The position numbers and the translations under genes are program-made. Shown piece by piece: positions 46,162-56,529 of a DNA stretch of 64,000 nt. The stretch spans positions 1 to 64,000 of the forward strand of contig DEQQ01000096.1 in assembly GCA_002360455.1 (NCBI GenBank). The letters run 5' to 3'. Origin of the DNA: Saprospiraceae bacterium UBA3362. Its GTDB lineage: Bacteria > Bacteroidota > Bacteroidia > Chitinophagales > Saprospiraceae. Position 1 is the stretch's first letter, and every line of letters begins with the position of its first letter. The notes beneath the pieces are model-generated. The model did not search any database. It saw nothing but the letters and a program-made list of their open reading frames with translations, and had not been told where the DNA came from.

Positions 46162-48792
46162 TTATTTATTATCAATTACCAAATAATCTTTGTACGTTTT
46201 TTTGTCTCCTTCCGGATGAAGAGCCAGAATATGAAGAATGTAATTTCCGGAGGTCAATAAAGATCCTGAGCTGTCTTCTCCATACCATACTACTTTTTCT
46301 TGTGGGGAAATTATTTGATGAAATATTTCTTTGACTTTATTCCCCGACATATCATACAAATCGATTAAAACTAAATAATCGCTCCTATCTAAATTAAACT
46401 GAATCGCAATCCAATCTCTAAAACCATTACCGTCCGGGCTAATGACTCTCTCATTAATATTTACCCAGTTTTTGGTTTTTTGTTGAGCTGTATCAATGAC
46501 AATCCAATTGCTATTGGTGGTACCCGGGGTGGCAAACCCTACAGAAGCAGAAGCGGAGTGCCATCTAAACTGCTCGTAACTTGGTCCATCTTGATTTGAT
46601 CGTTCAAGAGAAACTCCCTCAGTAATTTTTATAAATGGGTGATGCCACTGTTCCTTGAAACTAAATGAATCTAAAACTTCAATTTGATTGAGTTCATTGA
46701 GCACACCCAAAACCAAAGTCCCTCCGGCATCATCTATAGATGGAATTGAGGTTTTAATAATTTGCGTTGAATCTGATACTGTATATTTTGAAAGGACTTC
46801 TGATGGATTGAAGGTAAAAGCCATTTCTCGTTTTGGCAATATTGATCGATCTGTTTTAATGGCAATCCACTGATTTTCTTTTTCCGGATTTTTTAAAAAC
46901 AATTTTTGAAGTGAAATAACCGTATTGCTTTTATTAAATAATTCTATAAAATCAGCCCCTCCCGTAAAAGGATTAAAAAGAACTTCATTAAAAACGAGTT
47001 CTCCTTTCTCAGCAATTTTCGGCAATTTTAAATCTTGCCATTGAAGTCCGTAGCTGCTATTACCTAAACAATCTTTAATTTCCGAAACAGTTAGATTGTA
47101 GTTTATTCCTTTTTCAAGTTTTTCATTAAGGAGAAGAATTACAGCATTTAAATCTATAAGAACCAAATCTGCAGTGGCAATGGATCTAAGGGGGCTGAGT
47201 TGATATAAATTGATATTAGTAGAAAATGACTCGTCCAAAGCTTCGTCAAAACTTAGTCTCACTTCCCATTCACTGATAGCTGTTACATCTATCAATTTTG
47301 GCCCGAGAGTGTCTTTTTCCGGATTCCACCTTGAGTTAACTTGTCCGGGAGTGCCGCCCAGAGGGTGAATGCTTGCAATCCAGTTAGAAGCTCGATCACA
47401 TGCTTTGAAAGGGCTGACCATTTCCAAGCTATAACCTCCTTCTTTTTTGATTGGATTAGAATACCAGCTATCAGAAAAAGGAACATCATGAATAATATCA
47501 CCGTTGGGCGAAAGTAAAAACAAATGATCTCCGGTATTATTTATTGAAGGAAAAGAAGGAAGCCCAATCACTTTGCCAAAGGGTTTGAACAAGGAAGTAT
47601 CCTTCATGCTACAAAGAATTGCGATTTCGCTTGGAGCCAATTCTCCTATTGGAAAAATAGCATGTGCAGCGCCATCTGTAAGCTCACAGTCTTGTAAATT
47701 CAAGGTATTCTTACTTACATTGATCAACTCAACAAACTCAGCCTCGGGAAGTCCGACTTTGGGACTTGGGTCTGCCATGATTTCACTAATCAACAAATCC
47801 AACTTGGATGGAGACACAAAATGGGTATACTTGAAACTATGAACAAGTTGATTGGAAAGATTTCCATTTTTATCTTTGGCAGAAGAACAGTGTAATTCGT
47901 AAGAATTATTTTGCATCATACGACCACTGAGCTTAAGCTCGAGTTCATTCTCTGTGATGACGTTTACTTTTTGAATAGGTCCAAGTGAAGGAATAACATA
48001 AAGTGAAGGGTCCTTGCAATAATTGGTATCTAATGATTCATCAAAGGAAACAAGAAGTAAATCATCACTCTTTGTCTCTATAGAAATTATCTTAGGTCCT
48101 TGCTGATCTTGAGGTAAGAAACCGGTACTAATGTCATCAAAGAAAAATTTATCTTTCCTGGTTTCAGTATAGATACATTCTATTCCAAAAAACACTTTGG
48201 CTTTTTGAATGGGATCTTGATCCGAAATTGTTTTTTCTAAAGTATATGAATTTCCTCCGGTATAATCTGTAGATATCGAAATAACTCCATTCCCCTCTCG
48301 TTCTATTTTCATTCTCACCATAGCAGGATCAACAGCCAGTTTTCCAAATAGGCCCTCTCCCAATAATGTTGTAGTTCCACTTTGTCTTTTGTAGAATTTC
48401 CATCTATCCTGCGAGCCTGTTTCTCCAATTTCCAAATAATACGAATCAGCCTTAGCCAAATCAGGACTGGAAAGATTGAGATAAATTCGCAATTGATTTG
48501 AGGATGATGGCGCAAAAGTCAACAGTGTAAAAAAACTAATATCTAATTTATCTCCAAGTTCGTACTCTCTGAAAACAAATGATCTTCCGGCTACAGGGGC
48601 TTGAAGCATTAATTTAGCATCTTGACTGATGCCAAAATGCGAAACCTGCCCTTTCCAAACAGTGGTGTCAAAACGCTCAAAGTTCTCTATCCATTGAGAA
48701 TGAAGCAGTTGTGAGTATATTAATAAGCTAAAACAATAAACTAATCTCTTCATTTCAAGCCAAAAGATAGTACTTTTCTTCTTCATATACAA
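46162..48792 (-). CDS. large secreted protein with lamin-tail-domain-like and Ig-like modules
   Basis: Signal peptide. LTD-like segment LLISEIMADPSP...EFVELINVS. Beta-rich repeats. Confidence 0.45.
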   Translation of the reverse strand: MYMKKKSTIFWLEMKRLVYCFSLLIYSQLLHSQWIENFERFDTTVWKGQVSHFGISQDAKLMLQAPVAGRSFVFREYELGDKLDISFFTLLTFAPSSSNQLRIYLNLSSPDLAKADSYYLEIGETGSQDRWKFYKRQSGTTTLLGEGLFGKLAVDPAMVRMKIEREGNGVISISTDYTGGNSYTLEKTISDQDPIQKAKVFFGIECIYTETRKDKFFFDDISTGFLPQDQQGPKIISIETKSDDLLLVSFDESLDTNYCKDPSLYVIPSLGPIQKVNVITENELELKLSGRMMQNNSYELHCSSAKDKNGNLSNQLVHSFKYTHFVSPSKLDLLISEIMADPSPKVGLPEAEFVELINVSKNTLNLQDCELTDGAAHAIFPIGELAPSEIAILCSMKDTSLFKPFGKVIGLPSFPSINNTGDHLFLLSPNGDIIHDVPFSDSWYSNPIKKEGGYSLEMVSPFKACDRASNWIASIHPLGGTPGQVNSRWNPEKDTLGPKLIDVTAISEWEVRLSFDEALDESFSTNINLYQLSPLRSIATADLVLIDLNAVILLLNEKLEKGINYNLTVSEIKDCLGNSSYGLQWQDLKLPKIAEKGELVFNEVLFNPFTGGADFIELFNKSNTVISLQKLFLKNPEKENQWIAIKTDRSILPKREMAFTFNPSEVLSKYTVSDSTQIIKTSIPSIDDAGGTLVLGVLNELNQIEVLDSFSFKEQWHHPFIKITEGVSLERSNQDGPSYEQFRWHSASASVGFATPGTTNSNWIVIDTAQQKTKNWVNINERVISPDGNGFRDWIAIQFNLDRSDYLVLIDLYDMSGNKVKEIFHQIISPQEKVVWYGEDSSGSLLTSGNYILHILALHPEGDKKTYKDYLVIDNK

Positions 48793-48883
48793 TGGATTAA
48801 ATATTGAGACTTGAAAAAGGATTAAAAGGATGTATTAAATTGAAATTATTCTCTACAAAATCATGGTTAAAAAGAAACTATGA

Positions 48884-49444
48884 TTAACTTGTTTTCAAAA
48901 TAGGATTTACTTCTTCGATAATAACAAACTCAGTAGCCAGATATTCTCTCAATGGCCAAGCATTAAAATTCCAAACTTTTTGGAAATAAGGCAATTTGAA
49001 TAAATAGATCGAAGCTTTTTTATTTACTCCGGTAATGATCAAATTTTTCTTTCTTATTATTGAAATAAAATAATTAATTAAATTGGCAGGGTTTGCATAG
49101 GTATAAATGAGCTGTTGAGAAGTATTGGATCTTGCTTTGTTTAAAAAAATAATTTGATCTTCTTCTTTTACATGATTTAATACCCCGATTAAAAAGACTA
49201 GATCAAATGTTTGCGGCAGTGAAAGTGATAAATAATCCGCACAAATAAAATGTTCCTTATTTTCAAATTCCAAAATATCTATACCTAAATATTTCTTGCA
49301 ATTCTCTTTGCAATAAAAATAAATGGACTGATTTGCACAACCAATATCTAGAATGGTTTTATCTTTTACTTTAAGAAAAGAGATTATAAGTCCGGCTCTG
49401 GAATGATAATAGTATTTATTTTTTTGGAATAAAGATAAACTCAT
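48884..49444 (-). CDS. class I SAM-dependent methyltransferase
   Basis: Motif I ILDIGCANQ. Confidence 0.45.
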   Translation of the reverse strand: MSLSLFQKNKYYYHSRAGLIISFLKVKDKTILDIGCANQSIYFYCKENCKKYLGIDILEFENKEHFICADYLSLSLPQTFDLVFLIGVLNHVKEEDQIIFLNKARSNTSQQLIYTYANPANLINYFISIIRKKNLIITGVNKKASIYLFKLPYFQKVWNFNAWPLREYLATEFVIIEEVNPILKTS

Positions 49445-50616
49445 TCAAAAATGGATTCTTTAGGAATGGATATTGTGTTGGTGTTTTTAAAATCTTCATT
49501 AAGACAATGATTCACCATTTCAAGAAACTGGGAGAGAATAATCTTGATGTCAAATCTTTGTTCTGCTATATCTCGACTCATATCACCCATTTTCTGAATT
49601 TCCTCATCACTCAATTGATACAATTTTACCATGAGTTCAGACAATGACACATCATCTTTAGCAGGAACCAAAAAACCATTCTTTCCATGGACAACAGTAT
49701 CACGACAGCCTGCAACGTCCGTCGTAATTATGACTTTTCCCATAGCCATTGCCTCTAATACAGCTTTCGGCATTCCTTCTCTATATGAGGGTAATACTAA
49801 AACATCTGCTTGTGACAAATAGTGTTTAATATTTTTATCTGCACCAAAGTATTTAATAATGCGCTGCTCTACCCAGTTGAGTAAGTCCATTTTTTTTATA
49901 CTGCCGGGATTATTTTCATTCAACTGACCCACCATCCAAAACTCTGCATTTTTAATAATGGGTCTGCATCTTTTTACAGCCTGCACAAATTCTTGCACGC
50001 CTTTGTCTTTAAGCAACCTTCCAACAAACAAGAAGGTAAAATGAGCATGTTTTTTGTTCTCTCTTGGATGAAAAAAATCAGTGTTGACACCAGAACCTTC
50101 TATTACTTTCACCTGTTCTGCTCGGACAATATGGAGTTGCTTGAATAAAGCAGCGTCTTCATTATTATGGAAAACTACTGTGCGGCAACTCTTAAATGCA
50201 AACCGATATAAATTTAGCAATAAAATGTTTAGCTTATTTTGATTTACAAAAGTGTACCCTAATCCTGTGACATTAGAGATGGACTTGATCTTTAGCAAAC
50301 TTGCTGCGATGCTTCCATAAATGTTTGGTTTGATAGTAAAATGAATTACTAAATCCGGTTTCTCCACTTTGTAAATTTTATAAAGCTCGTAAATCAATCG
50401 TAGATCCTGAATTGGGTTTCCGGATTGAGCGTTCAAATGTTGAAGAGCAATGTGTTTAGTAAAATAAGTTCCGTTTAGATAATGAATGTATTCGTCAACC
50501 GGAGCGATTACAATTATTTTATATTGCTCATGTTTTAATAATTTAATTAACTCCTGTCTGAAATTATAAATATTCCATGTAGAATTAGCAACAATTGCTA
50601 TTTTTTTATACTGCAT
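49441..50616 (-). CDS. glycosyltransferase family 4 (GT-B)
   Basis: EGMPKAVLEAMAMGKVIITTDVAGCRD matches GT4 E-x7-E. Start taken at MQYKKIAIV, giving an 11-nt overlap with the WbpI-like gene instead of 59 nt. Confidence 0.7.
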   Translation of the reverse strand: MQYKKIAIVANSTWNIYNFRQELIKLLKHEQYKIIVIAPVDEYIHYLNGTYFTKHIALQHLNAQSGNPIQDLRLIYELYKIYKVEKPDLVIHFTIKPNIYGSIAASLLKIKSISNVTGLGYTFVNQNKLNILLLNLYRFAFKSCRTVVFHNNEDAALFKQLHIVRAEQVKVIEGSGVNTDFFHPRENKKHAHFTFLFVGRLLKDKGVQEFVQAVKRCRPIIKNAEFWMVGQLNENNPGSIKKMDLLNWVEQRIIKYFGADKNIKHYLSQADVLVLPSYREGMPKAVLEAMAMGKVIITTDVAGCRDTVVHGKNGFLVPAKDDVSLSELMVKLYQLSDEEIQKMGDMSRDIAEQRFDIKIILSQFLEMVNHCLNEDFKNTNTISIPKESIFE

Positions 50617-51709
50617 AAAATGAAGATTGTAGGAGTTGTGCAATTCTGGAGGCAGCATAACCATCCCAAAGTTCAGGACACTGGCCTGACTTTATTTTTC
50701 CATTGAGAATTTCTTTGGTTTTTTGAATGGCTGTTTCCGGATTGAGTTCATCCAATAGTTGGTTTGTACCTACAGTCACAGTAATGGGCCGCTCTGTTGT
50801 TTTTCTAAATGTAAGACAGGGTATATTAAGAAAAGTGGATTCTTCTTGCACTCCGCCACTGTCAGTAAGAATTAAACTACAATTTTTCATTAATGCAATA
50901 AATTCCAAATACCCTTGTGGTTCGCATAAGTTTATATTCTTATTTTGTTTTAATTTTCCAAGTAAACCGAAGTGATTGAGCCTATCTGAGGTTCTTGGAT
51001 GAATAGGAAACACTATTTTATGATGTTGGCTGATTTCATTCAACATAAAACTAATTTTTTCTAAACCATCTTTTGTATCAACATTAGACGGCCTGTGCAT
51101 AGTGACCAAAATATATTCCTTGGAATTAAGATTAAATTCTTGAAGTGTTTTATGGTCATCGATTTTGGGTAAATAATAGTGCAGTGAGTCAATCATACAG
51201 TTGCCAACAAAGTGAATTTTATGTTCTGCTATATTTTCTGAAAGTAAATTTATTTTTGCCTCTTTTTCTGTTAAAAATAAAAAGTCAGAAATTTGATCTG
51301 TGAGAATTCGATTGATTTCTTCCGGCATCTGCCTATCAAAACTTCTTAAGCCGGCCTCTACATGAGCAACTTTAATGTTGTTACGAACAGCAACTAAAGC
51401 ACAAGCTAAAGTCGAAGTAACATCACCCACAACAAGAACTAAATCCGGATTTTCTTTTAATAAAATGGGCTCAAATTCTGTCATGATTTTAGCCGTTACC
51501 ATTGTGTGACTGCCAGTTCCCACTCCTAGAAAATAGTTCGGAATCGGTAACTCTAATTGATTAAAAAAAACATCACTCATCTTGGTATCAAAATGCTGGC
51601 CGGTATGAACAACAATGGACTCAAAAAATGGATTTTTAGAAAATTCTTTATGCAGTGGAGCTACTTTCATAAAGTTAGGACGCGCACCAACTATATTAAT
51701 AATCTTCAT
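50606..51709 (-). CDS. UDP-N-acetylglucosamine 2-epimerase (non-hydrolysing; WecB/WbpI-like)
   Basis: MKIINIVGARPNFMKVAPL and HVEAGLRS motifs. Confidence 0.8.
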   Translation of the reverse strand: MKIINIVGARPNFMKVAPLHKEFSKNPFFESIVVHTGQHFDTKMSDVFFNQLELPIPNYFLGVGTGSHTMVTAKIMTEFEPILLKENPDLVLVVGDVTSTLACALVAVRNNIKVAHVEAGLRSFDRQMPEEINRILTDQISDFLFLTEKEAKINLLSENIAEHKIHFVGNCMIDSLHYYLPKIDDHKTLQEFNLNSKEYILVTMHRPSNVDTKDGLEKISFMLNEISQHHKIVFPIHPRTSDRLNHFGLLGKLKQNKNINLCEPQGYLEFIALMKNCSLILTDSGGVQEESTFLNIPCLTFRKTTERPITVTVGTNQLLDELNPETAIQKTKEILNGKIKSGQCPELWDGYAASRIAQLLQSSFYAV

Positions 51710-53826
51710 ATTTCATATTGATCTAAATGGATCATTTGCTTCTTTTCTATAGAGTCTATAATTGCAAAACAAACTTTACTTGTATGTAAGTCGGAAATTA
51801 GTTTGGATGGATTAAAAAGTTGATCACTAAGCTGACTTAAAAGTAAAAATTGGCTGTCATGCCCTTTGTCCATTTTATTAAACCATGAATTTCTTATGGA
51901 TAGCCCATAAGCTTTGAGCGTTTTAAAGTTATTTAAGTCTATTATTTTTTGACTGTAAAACAATTTAATATTTTCTTTTGGAGCCTTTTTTGAACCGTTA
52001 GATAAGTATTGAATGGAAGCAGTAGAGCCATTTTTAAATTTAAGTTGAATTGACACTTGATCATTAGCCTGCACTTCTGTCCCATTGCCAATAGCCGAAA
52101 TCAATTCCACTTCAGATTGGCAAAGCTCCTGACACAGACTTACAAAGTGGCAGACTTCTCCTAAAATTCGACCGCCGCCGATTTCAATTTGTTGTGTCCA
52201 ATGCCCTTTATCAATAACTCCTGCATTGATGGTGTAAACAATATTGAGTTGCTGCTCAAATCCCTTAATGTATTGTTTTATTTTTTGGATTAATGGTGCA
52301 AAATTTCTGTTGTAGCCAACGTATAGTTTAGAGTTGGTTGAAACAGCGTTTTGAATGTCATTGAATTCTTTTTTAGTGAGACAAAGGGGTTTTTCTATAA
52401 AAACAAATTTATCGGTTTGGAGTGCTTTAATCACGGAAGTGGCATGAGCATTGTGTCTATTGGCTATTAATATTAAATCTATTTCAGGATCTTGATATAT
52501 TTGGTCAACGTCATTAAGTTGCTTATGGATGGAATATTTTTGAGCCAGAGCAGCAGATTGAAATTGAGAGCTGCATATTGACTTGATTGTAGCTTTTGAT
52601 TTTTGTAGTGATGGTAATATCACTGAGCTCACGAAGCTCCCGGAACCAATAATTCCAATAGTTGCTTTGTCTTTATTAATTTTAAAATGAGGAAAATGAA
52701 TGATGGTCTTATTCTCTGAGGATTGAGGATTGTATTGAATAATATTTCCCCATTTCAATTCATCCAATTGATTATAAAATTCTGTAATTACTTTTTCAAA
52801 TGGACAAAGCTTATAGACCAGAGGTTCGGTTTGGATAAGACCATTAGCCATAAGTTGGAGTACAGATTCAATATTTCTTTGTTCTGTCCAACGCACAAAA
52901 GCTATTGGATAATCGTTTCCTAGATCCTCATAAGAACTATCATATCTTCCGGGACCATAAGAACAAGCAACTTGGAAGCTCAGTTCTTTTTTGTAAAAGT
53001 AGTCACGATTTATTTCATTGCCCACCACTCCAACAAGAACTATTCGCCCTCTTTTTCTAGTCATTTGAGCTGCTTCATTAACCAAAGGTTGAGAGCTGCT
53101 TGCAGTGATGAGAACAGCGTCCGCCCCTATACCAAAAAATTCAGATTGGAAAAGCTCATCAGCAGTTTGCAGTTTTGAAGAATAGGTTTTAAAACCAAGA
53201 CTTTTAGCCAGACTGAGTGCTTCATCTGAAACGTCTACTGCAATGACTTCACAACCGGAAGCTTTTAGGATTTGACAAGCTAAAATGCCAATCAAGCCAA
53301 GTCCCATTACAACAATTTTTTCTCCAAGCTCTACTTTGAGAAGTCGAATTCCCTGCAAAGCTATTGAAGCTAAGATAGCAAAACTTGCTTGTTCGTCAGA
53401 AACATTGTCGGGGATTTTGCAACAAAGATGTTTTGAAACTGCGACAAATTCTGCATGTGGACCGTTGCTTACAACTCTATCCCCAATTTTGAATCCTTGA
53501 ACCTTAGAACCTATATGCTGCACTCGACCTACGTTGCTGTATCCCAAAGCAATGGGTTGATCTAATTTGTTTTTTACAAGATCAAGAGTATGAAATAAAC
53601 CTTCATTTTGGATTTTTTGTAAAACTTCTTTGAATTTTTCCGGCTGTTGTTTTATTTTATCTAAAGGATTGGAACGCCCAAATTGAATAAGCATCTTTTC
53701 GGTGCCCGGAGAAACTAAACTGCAAGAACTTTTTACTAAAATTTGATTAGGACCTGCAAGAGGACTGACTGATTCCTGTATAAATGTTGTTCCGTCTTTC
53801 AAACTTTGCAGTAAAAGTTTCATCAT
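51706..53826 (-). CDS. bi-domain oxidoreductase: N-terminal zinc-type MDR alcohol dehydrogenase-like domain fused to C-terminal Gfo/Idh/MocA domain
   Basis: N-terminal half has the MDR Rossmann motif GLGLIGILACQILKASG. C-terminal half has the Gfo/Idh/MocA Rossmann motif IGIIGSGSFVSSVILPSL. Confidence 0.6.
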   Translation of the reverse strand: MMKLLLQSLKDGTTFIQESVSPLAGPNQILVKSSCSLVSPGTEKMLIQFGRSNPLDKIKQQPEKFKEVLQKIQNEGLFHTLDLVKNKLDQPIALGYSNVGRVQHIGSKVQGFKIGDRVVSNGPHAEFVAVSKHLCCKIPDNVSDEQASFAILASIALQGIRLLKVELGEKIVVMGLGLIGILACQILKASGCEVIAVDVSDEALSLAKSLGFKTYSSKLQTADELFQSEFFGIGADAVLITASSSQPLVNEAAQMTRKRGRIVLVGVVGNEINRDYFYKKELSFQVACSYGPGRYDSSYEDLGNDYPIAFVRWTEQRNIESVLQLMANGLIQTEPLVYKLCPFEKVITEFYNQLDELKWGNIIQYNPQSSENKTIIHFPHFKINKDKATIGIIGSGSFVSSVILPSLQKSKATIKSICSSQFQSAALAQKYSIHKQLNDVDQIYQDPEIDLILIANRHNAHATSVIKALQTDKFVFIEKPLCLTKKEFNDIQNAVSTNSKLYVGYNRNFAPLIQKIKQYIKGFEQQLNIVYTINAGVIDKGHWTQQIEIGGGRILGEVCHFVSLCQELCQSEVELISAIGNGTEVQANDQVSIQLKFKNGSTASIQYLSNGSKKAPKENIKLFYSQKIIDLNNFKTLKAYGLSIRNSWFNKMDKGHDSQFLLLSQLSDQLFNPSKLISDLHTSKVCFAIIDSIEKKQMIHLDQYEI

Positions 53827-53832
53827 TTCAAT

Positions 53833-54768
53833 TTATTGGGCAAACGGATGATAGTCTCCAATTAAACCTACTGGACTTGAATTTCTGATTTCATAAACAG
53901 TTTGAATCGAGTTTATGGATTCTTCCAAACCAAAGCCATTACCGGTTAAAATTTCTTTATAAGAACTTGTATGGAGATCTCCAAAACCATCGCTAAATTC
54001 AAATTCTTCTCCATCGATCAACATTCTTCTGTATGTTTTTTTTCCTGTAGCTTTTATCTCATCGGGTAAGGTCTCTTCATTAATGCTCAAAAAATATCGA
54101 ACTCTTGCTTTTTCATATTCAAGAAATCCTGCTACACGATCTTCTTTTTGGATATGAACAATGTTATTGACCACGGGGCCAAATAGCCAGGAGAGCAAAT
54201 CATAAAAGTGAACTCCAATGTTTGTTGCTATTCCTCCAGATTTTTGTATGTCACCTTTCCATGATGTAAAATACCACTTTCCTCGCGAGGTGATATAAGC
54301 AAGATCCACATCATATTTTTTTTGATAAGAACTTTTTATCTTTTCTTTTAACTCTTTAACTGCAGGATGCAATCTTAATTGTAAAATGGTGTTCACTTTT
54401 TTGCCCATTTCTTTTTCTATTTCTTGAAGAGCTTCAATATTCCAAGGGTTTAACACCAAAGGTTTTTCGCAAATGACCTCTGCACCCAACCTAAGTCCAA
54501 ATCGAATGTGGGAATCATGGAGGTAATTTGGTGAACAAATACTGAGATAATCTATTCCTTCATGTTTTCGTTTCAGCTTTTCCAAATGTCGATCAAATCG
54601 CTCAAATTCAGTAAAAAAATCTGCATAAGGAAAATAACTGTCAATAATTCCAACAGAATCATTTTTATCTAATGCAGCAACCAGATCATTTCCTGTTTCT
54701 TTGATCGCTTTCATATGTCGTGGCGCTATATAACCGCCGGCACCAACCAATCCAAATTTTTTCATCAA
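53833..54768 (-). CDS. Gfo/Idh/MocA oxidoreductase, WbpB/WlbA-like (UDP-GlcNAcA 3-dehydrogenase)
   Basis: KFGLVGAGGYIAPRHMKAI N-terminal Rossmann motif typical of WbpB. Confidence 0.65.
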   Translation of the reverse strand: MMKKFGLVGAGGYIAPRHMKAIKETGNDLVAALDKNDSVGIIDSYFPYADFFTEFERFDRHLEKLKRKHEGIDYLSICSPNYLHDSHIRFGLRLGAEVICEKPLVLNPWNIEALQEIEKEMGKKVNTILQLRLHPAVKELKEKIKSSYQKKYDVDLAYITSRGKWYFTSWKGDIQKSGGIATNIGVHFYDLLSWLFGPVVNNIVHIQKEDRVAGFLEYEKARVRYFLSINEETLPDEIKATGKKTYRRMLIDGEEFEFSDGFGDLHTSSYKEILTGNGFGLEESINSIQTVYEIRNSSPVGLIGDYHPFAQ

Positions 54769-54789
54769 TCGTGAATATGTCCTTTTGGG

Positions 54790-55371
54790 TTAATGAGATA
54801 TTTTAATAACTTTATTTTCTTTTAATTCATACTTTTCTCCGGATTCCGGACAGGTGGCAATTCCATTGAAGTCAAACTTCAATTTGTGTCCGTATTCACT
54901 CATCCAACCGGTTTGTCTCGCCGGATTTCCTACTAACAGTGCATAGGCCGGAACTTCTTTGGTCACGACAGCACCGGCTCCAATAAAGGCAAATTCTCCA
55001 ATGTTGTTTCCACAAACAATGGTTGCATTGGCTCCTATGGAAGCTCCTTTCCTTACAATCGTTTTAGCGTATTGATTTTTTCTATTTACAGCACTTCTCG
55101 GATTGATAACATTTGTGAAAACCATACTTGGACCAAGAAAAACATCATCTTCACACATTACACCTGTATAAATGGAAACATTGTTTTGAACCTTGACATT
55201 ATTACCCAAAACCACTTCAGGAGAAATAACAACATTCTGACCAATGTTGCATTTTTCGCCAATTTTACAATTGGACATAATATGAGAGAAATGCCAAATT
55301 TTTGTGCCGCTTCCTATTTCACAGCCATCATCAATAATTGCGGTTTCATGCGCATAAAAATCTTTATTCAT
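54790..55371 (-). CDS. hexapeptide-repeat N-acetyltransferase, WbpD/WlbB-like
   Basis: Left-handed beta-helix repeats (IGxxVxIxxN) over ~190 aa. Confidence 0.65.
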   Translation of the reverse strand: MNKDFYAHETAIIDDGCEIGSGTKIWHFSHIMSNCKIGEKCNIGQNVVISPEVVLGNNVKVQNNVSIYTGVMCEDDVFLGPSMVFTNVINPRSAVNRKNQYAKTIVRKGASIGANATIVCGNNIGEFAFIGAGAVVTKEVPAYALLVGNPARQTGWMSEYGHKLKFDFNGIATCPESGEKYELKENKVIKISH

Positions 55372-55382
55372 CAGCTCTTTCT

Positions 55383-56510
55383 TTAATTAATAAAATTTAA
55401 TACCTCAGATATGATGATATTTTGTAGTGACGGATTAAGTTCTGTGTGCATAGGCAGAGAGATCACTTCTTTACAAAGCTGATCAGTAATAGGCAAATGG
55501 GTGACTTGTCCGCGATAAGCAACAAATGCTTTTTGTTCATAAAGCGGAACAGGATAGTAAATGGCGCAAGGTATTTTTTTTAGGTCCAAATATTCCTTCA
55601 AGGCATCTCTTCTTCCATCCGTAATTCTTAACGTGTATTGGTGAAAAACATGAGAAGAATGTTTGTTTCTAAAAGGAGTTATGATAGAATTTATATTGTT
55701 GAATGCTTGATCATAATAATCTGCAGCAGCAACACGTGCTGAAGCATATTCGTCAAGATGTTTTAATTTAATACTTAATACTGCGGCTTGAATAGAATCT
55801 AATCTGGAGTTCACACCTACAACATCATGGTAATATCGTTTGCTTTGGCCATGATTTGCAATCATGGTAATTTTTTGAGCAAGCTGATCGTCATTCGTAA
55901 AAATTGCGCCTCCGTCTCCATAGCAACCTAAATTTTTTGATGGAAAAAAAGAAGTACAACCAATGTGAGCAATTGCTCCTGACTTTGATTTTGTTCCATT
56001 AGACCAATAATAATCCGATCCAATGGCTTGTGCATTGTCTTCTATTACTGCAATACCATGCTCATTAGCTATTTTCATTATGGCCTCTAAATGGGCACAC
56101 TGACCAAATAAATGTACAGGAACAATGGCTTTTGTTTTAGGACCAATAGCTTGTTTTATTTCTTCTACAGATATATTGAAGTCATCATCATAGACATCGA
56201 TCATCACAGGAACTAATCCAAGAAGAGCAATCACCTCAGCAGTTGCAACGTAAGTAAATGCCGGAACAATTACTTCATCTCCCGGTTTAAGATCCAAGGC
56301 CATAAGAGCAATCTGCAAAGCATCTGTACCATTTGCACAGGGTATAACATATTTTACGGCAAGATAAGCTTCAAGTTCTTCTTCAAATCGCTTTACTGCT
56401 TCACCATTTATGAACGAAGTAGTATCCAGAACTTGTTGGATGGATTGATTGATTTCTGATTTTATTTTTTGGTACTGATTCCCAAGATCTACCATTTGAA
56501 GTTGATTCAT
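55383..56510 (-). CDS. DegT/DnrJ/EryC1/StrS-family PLP aminotransferase, WbpE/WlbC-like
   Basis: Family-characteristic length (~375 aa). [14 protein letters not shown] region carrying the PLP-lysine. Confidence 0.7.
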   Translation of the reverse strand: MNQLQMVDLGNQYQKIKSEINQSIQQVLDTTSFINGEAVKRFEEELEAYLAVKYVIPCANGTDALQIALMALDLKPGDEVIVPAFTYVATAEVIALLGLVPVMIDVYDDDFNISVEEIKQAIGPKTKAIVPVHLFGQCAHLEAIMKIANEHGIAVIEDNAQAIGSDYYWSNGTKSKSGAIAHIGCTSFFPSKNLGCYGDGGAIFTNDDQLAQKITMIANHGQSKRYYHDVVGVNSRLDSIQAAVLSIKLKHLDEYASARVAAADYYDQAFNNINSIITPFRNKHSSHVFHQYTLRITDGRRDALKEYLDLKKIPCAIYYPVPLYEQKAFVAYRGQVTHLPITDQLCKEVISLPMHTELNPSLQNIIISEVLNFIN

Positions 56511-56529
56511 GATTGATTTTTTAAATTTT

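Noticed and set aside
50606-50664. 59-nt overlap between the GT4 gene and the WbpI-like epimerase gene
   Set aside because: More likely the GT4 gene starts at the internal Met (MQYKKIAIV, position 50616), giving an 11-nt overlap. It is treated as a start-site call, not a programmed overlap.
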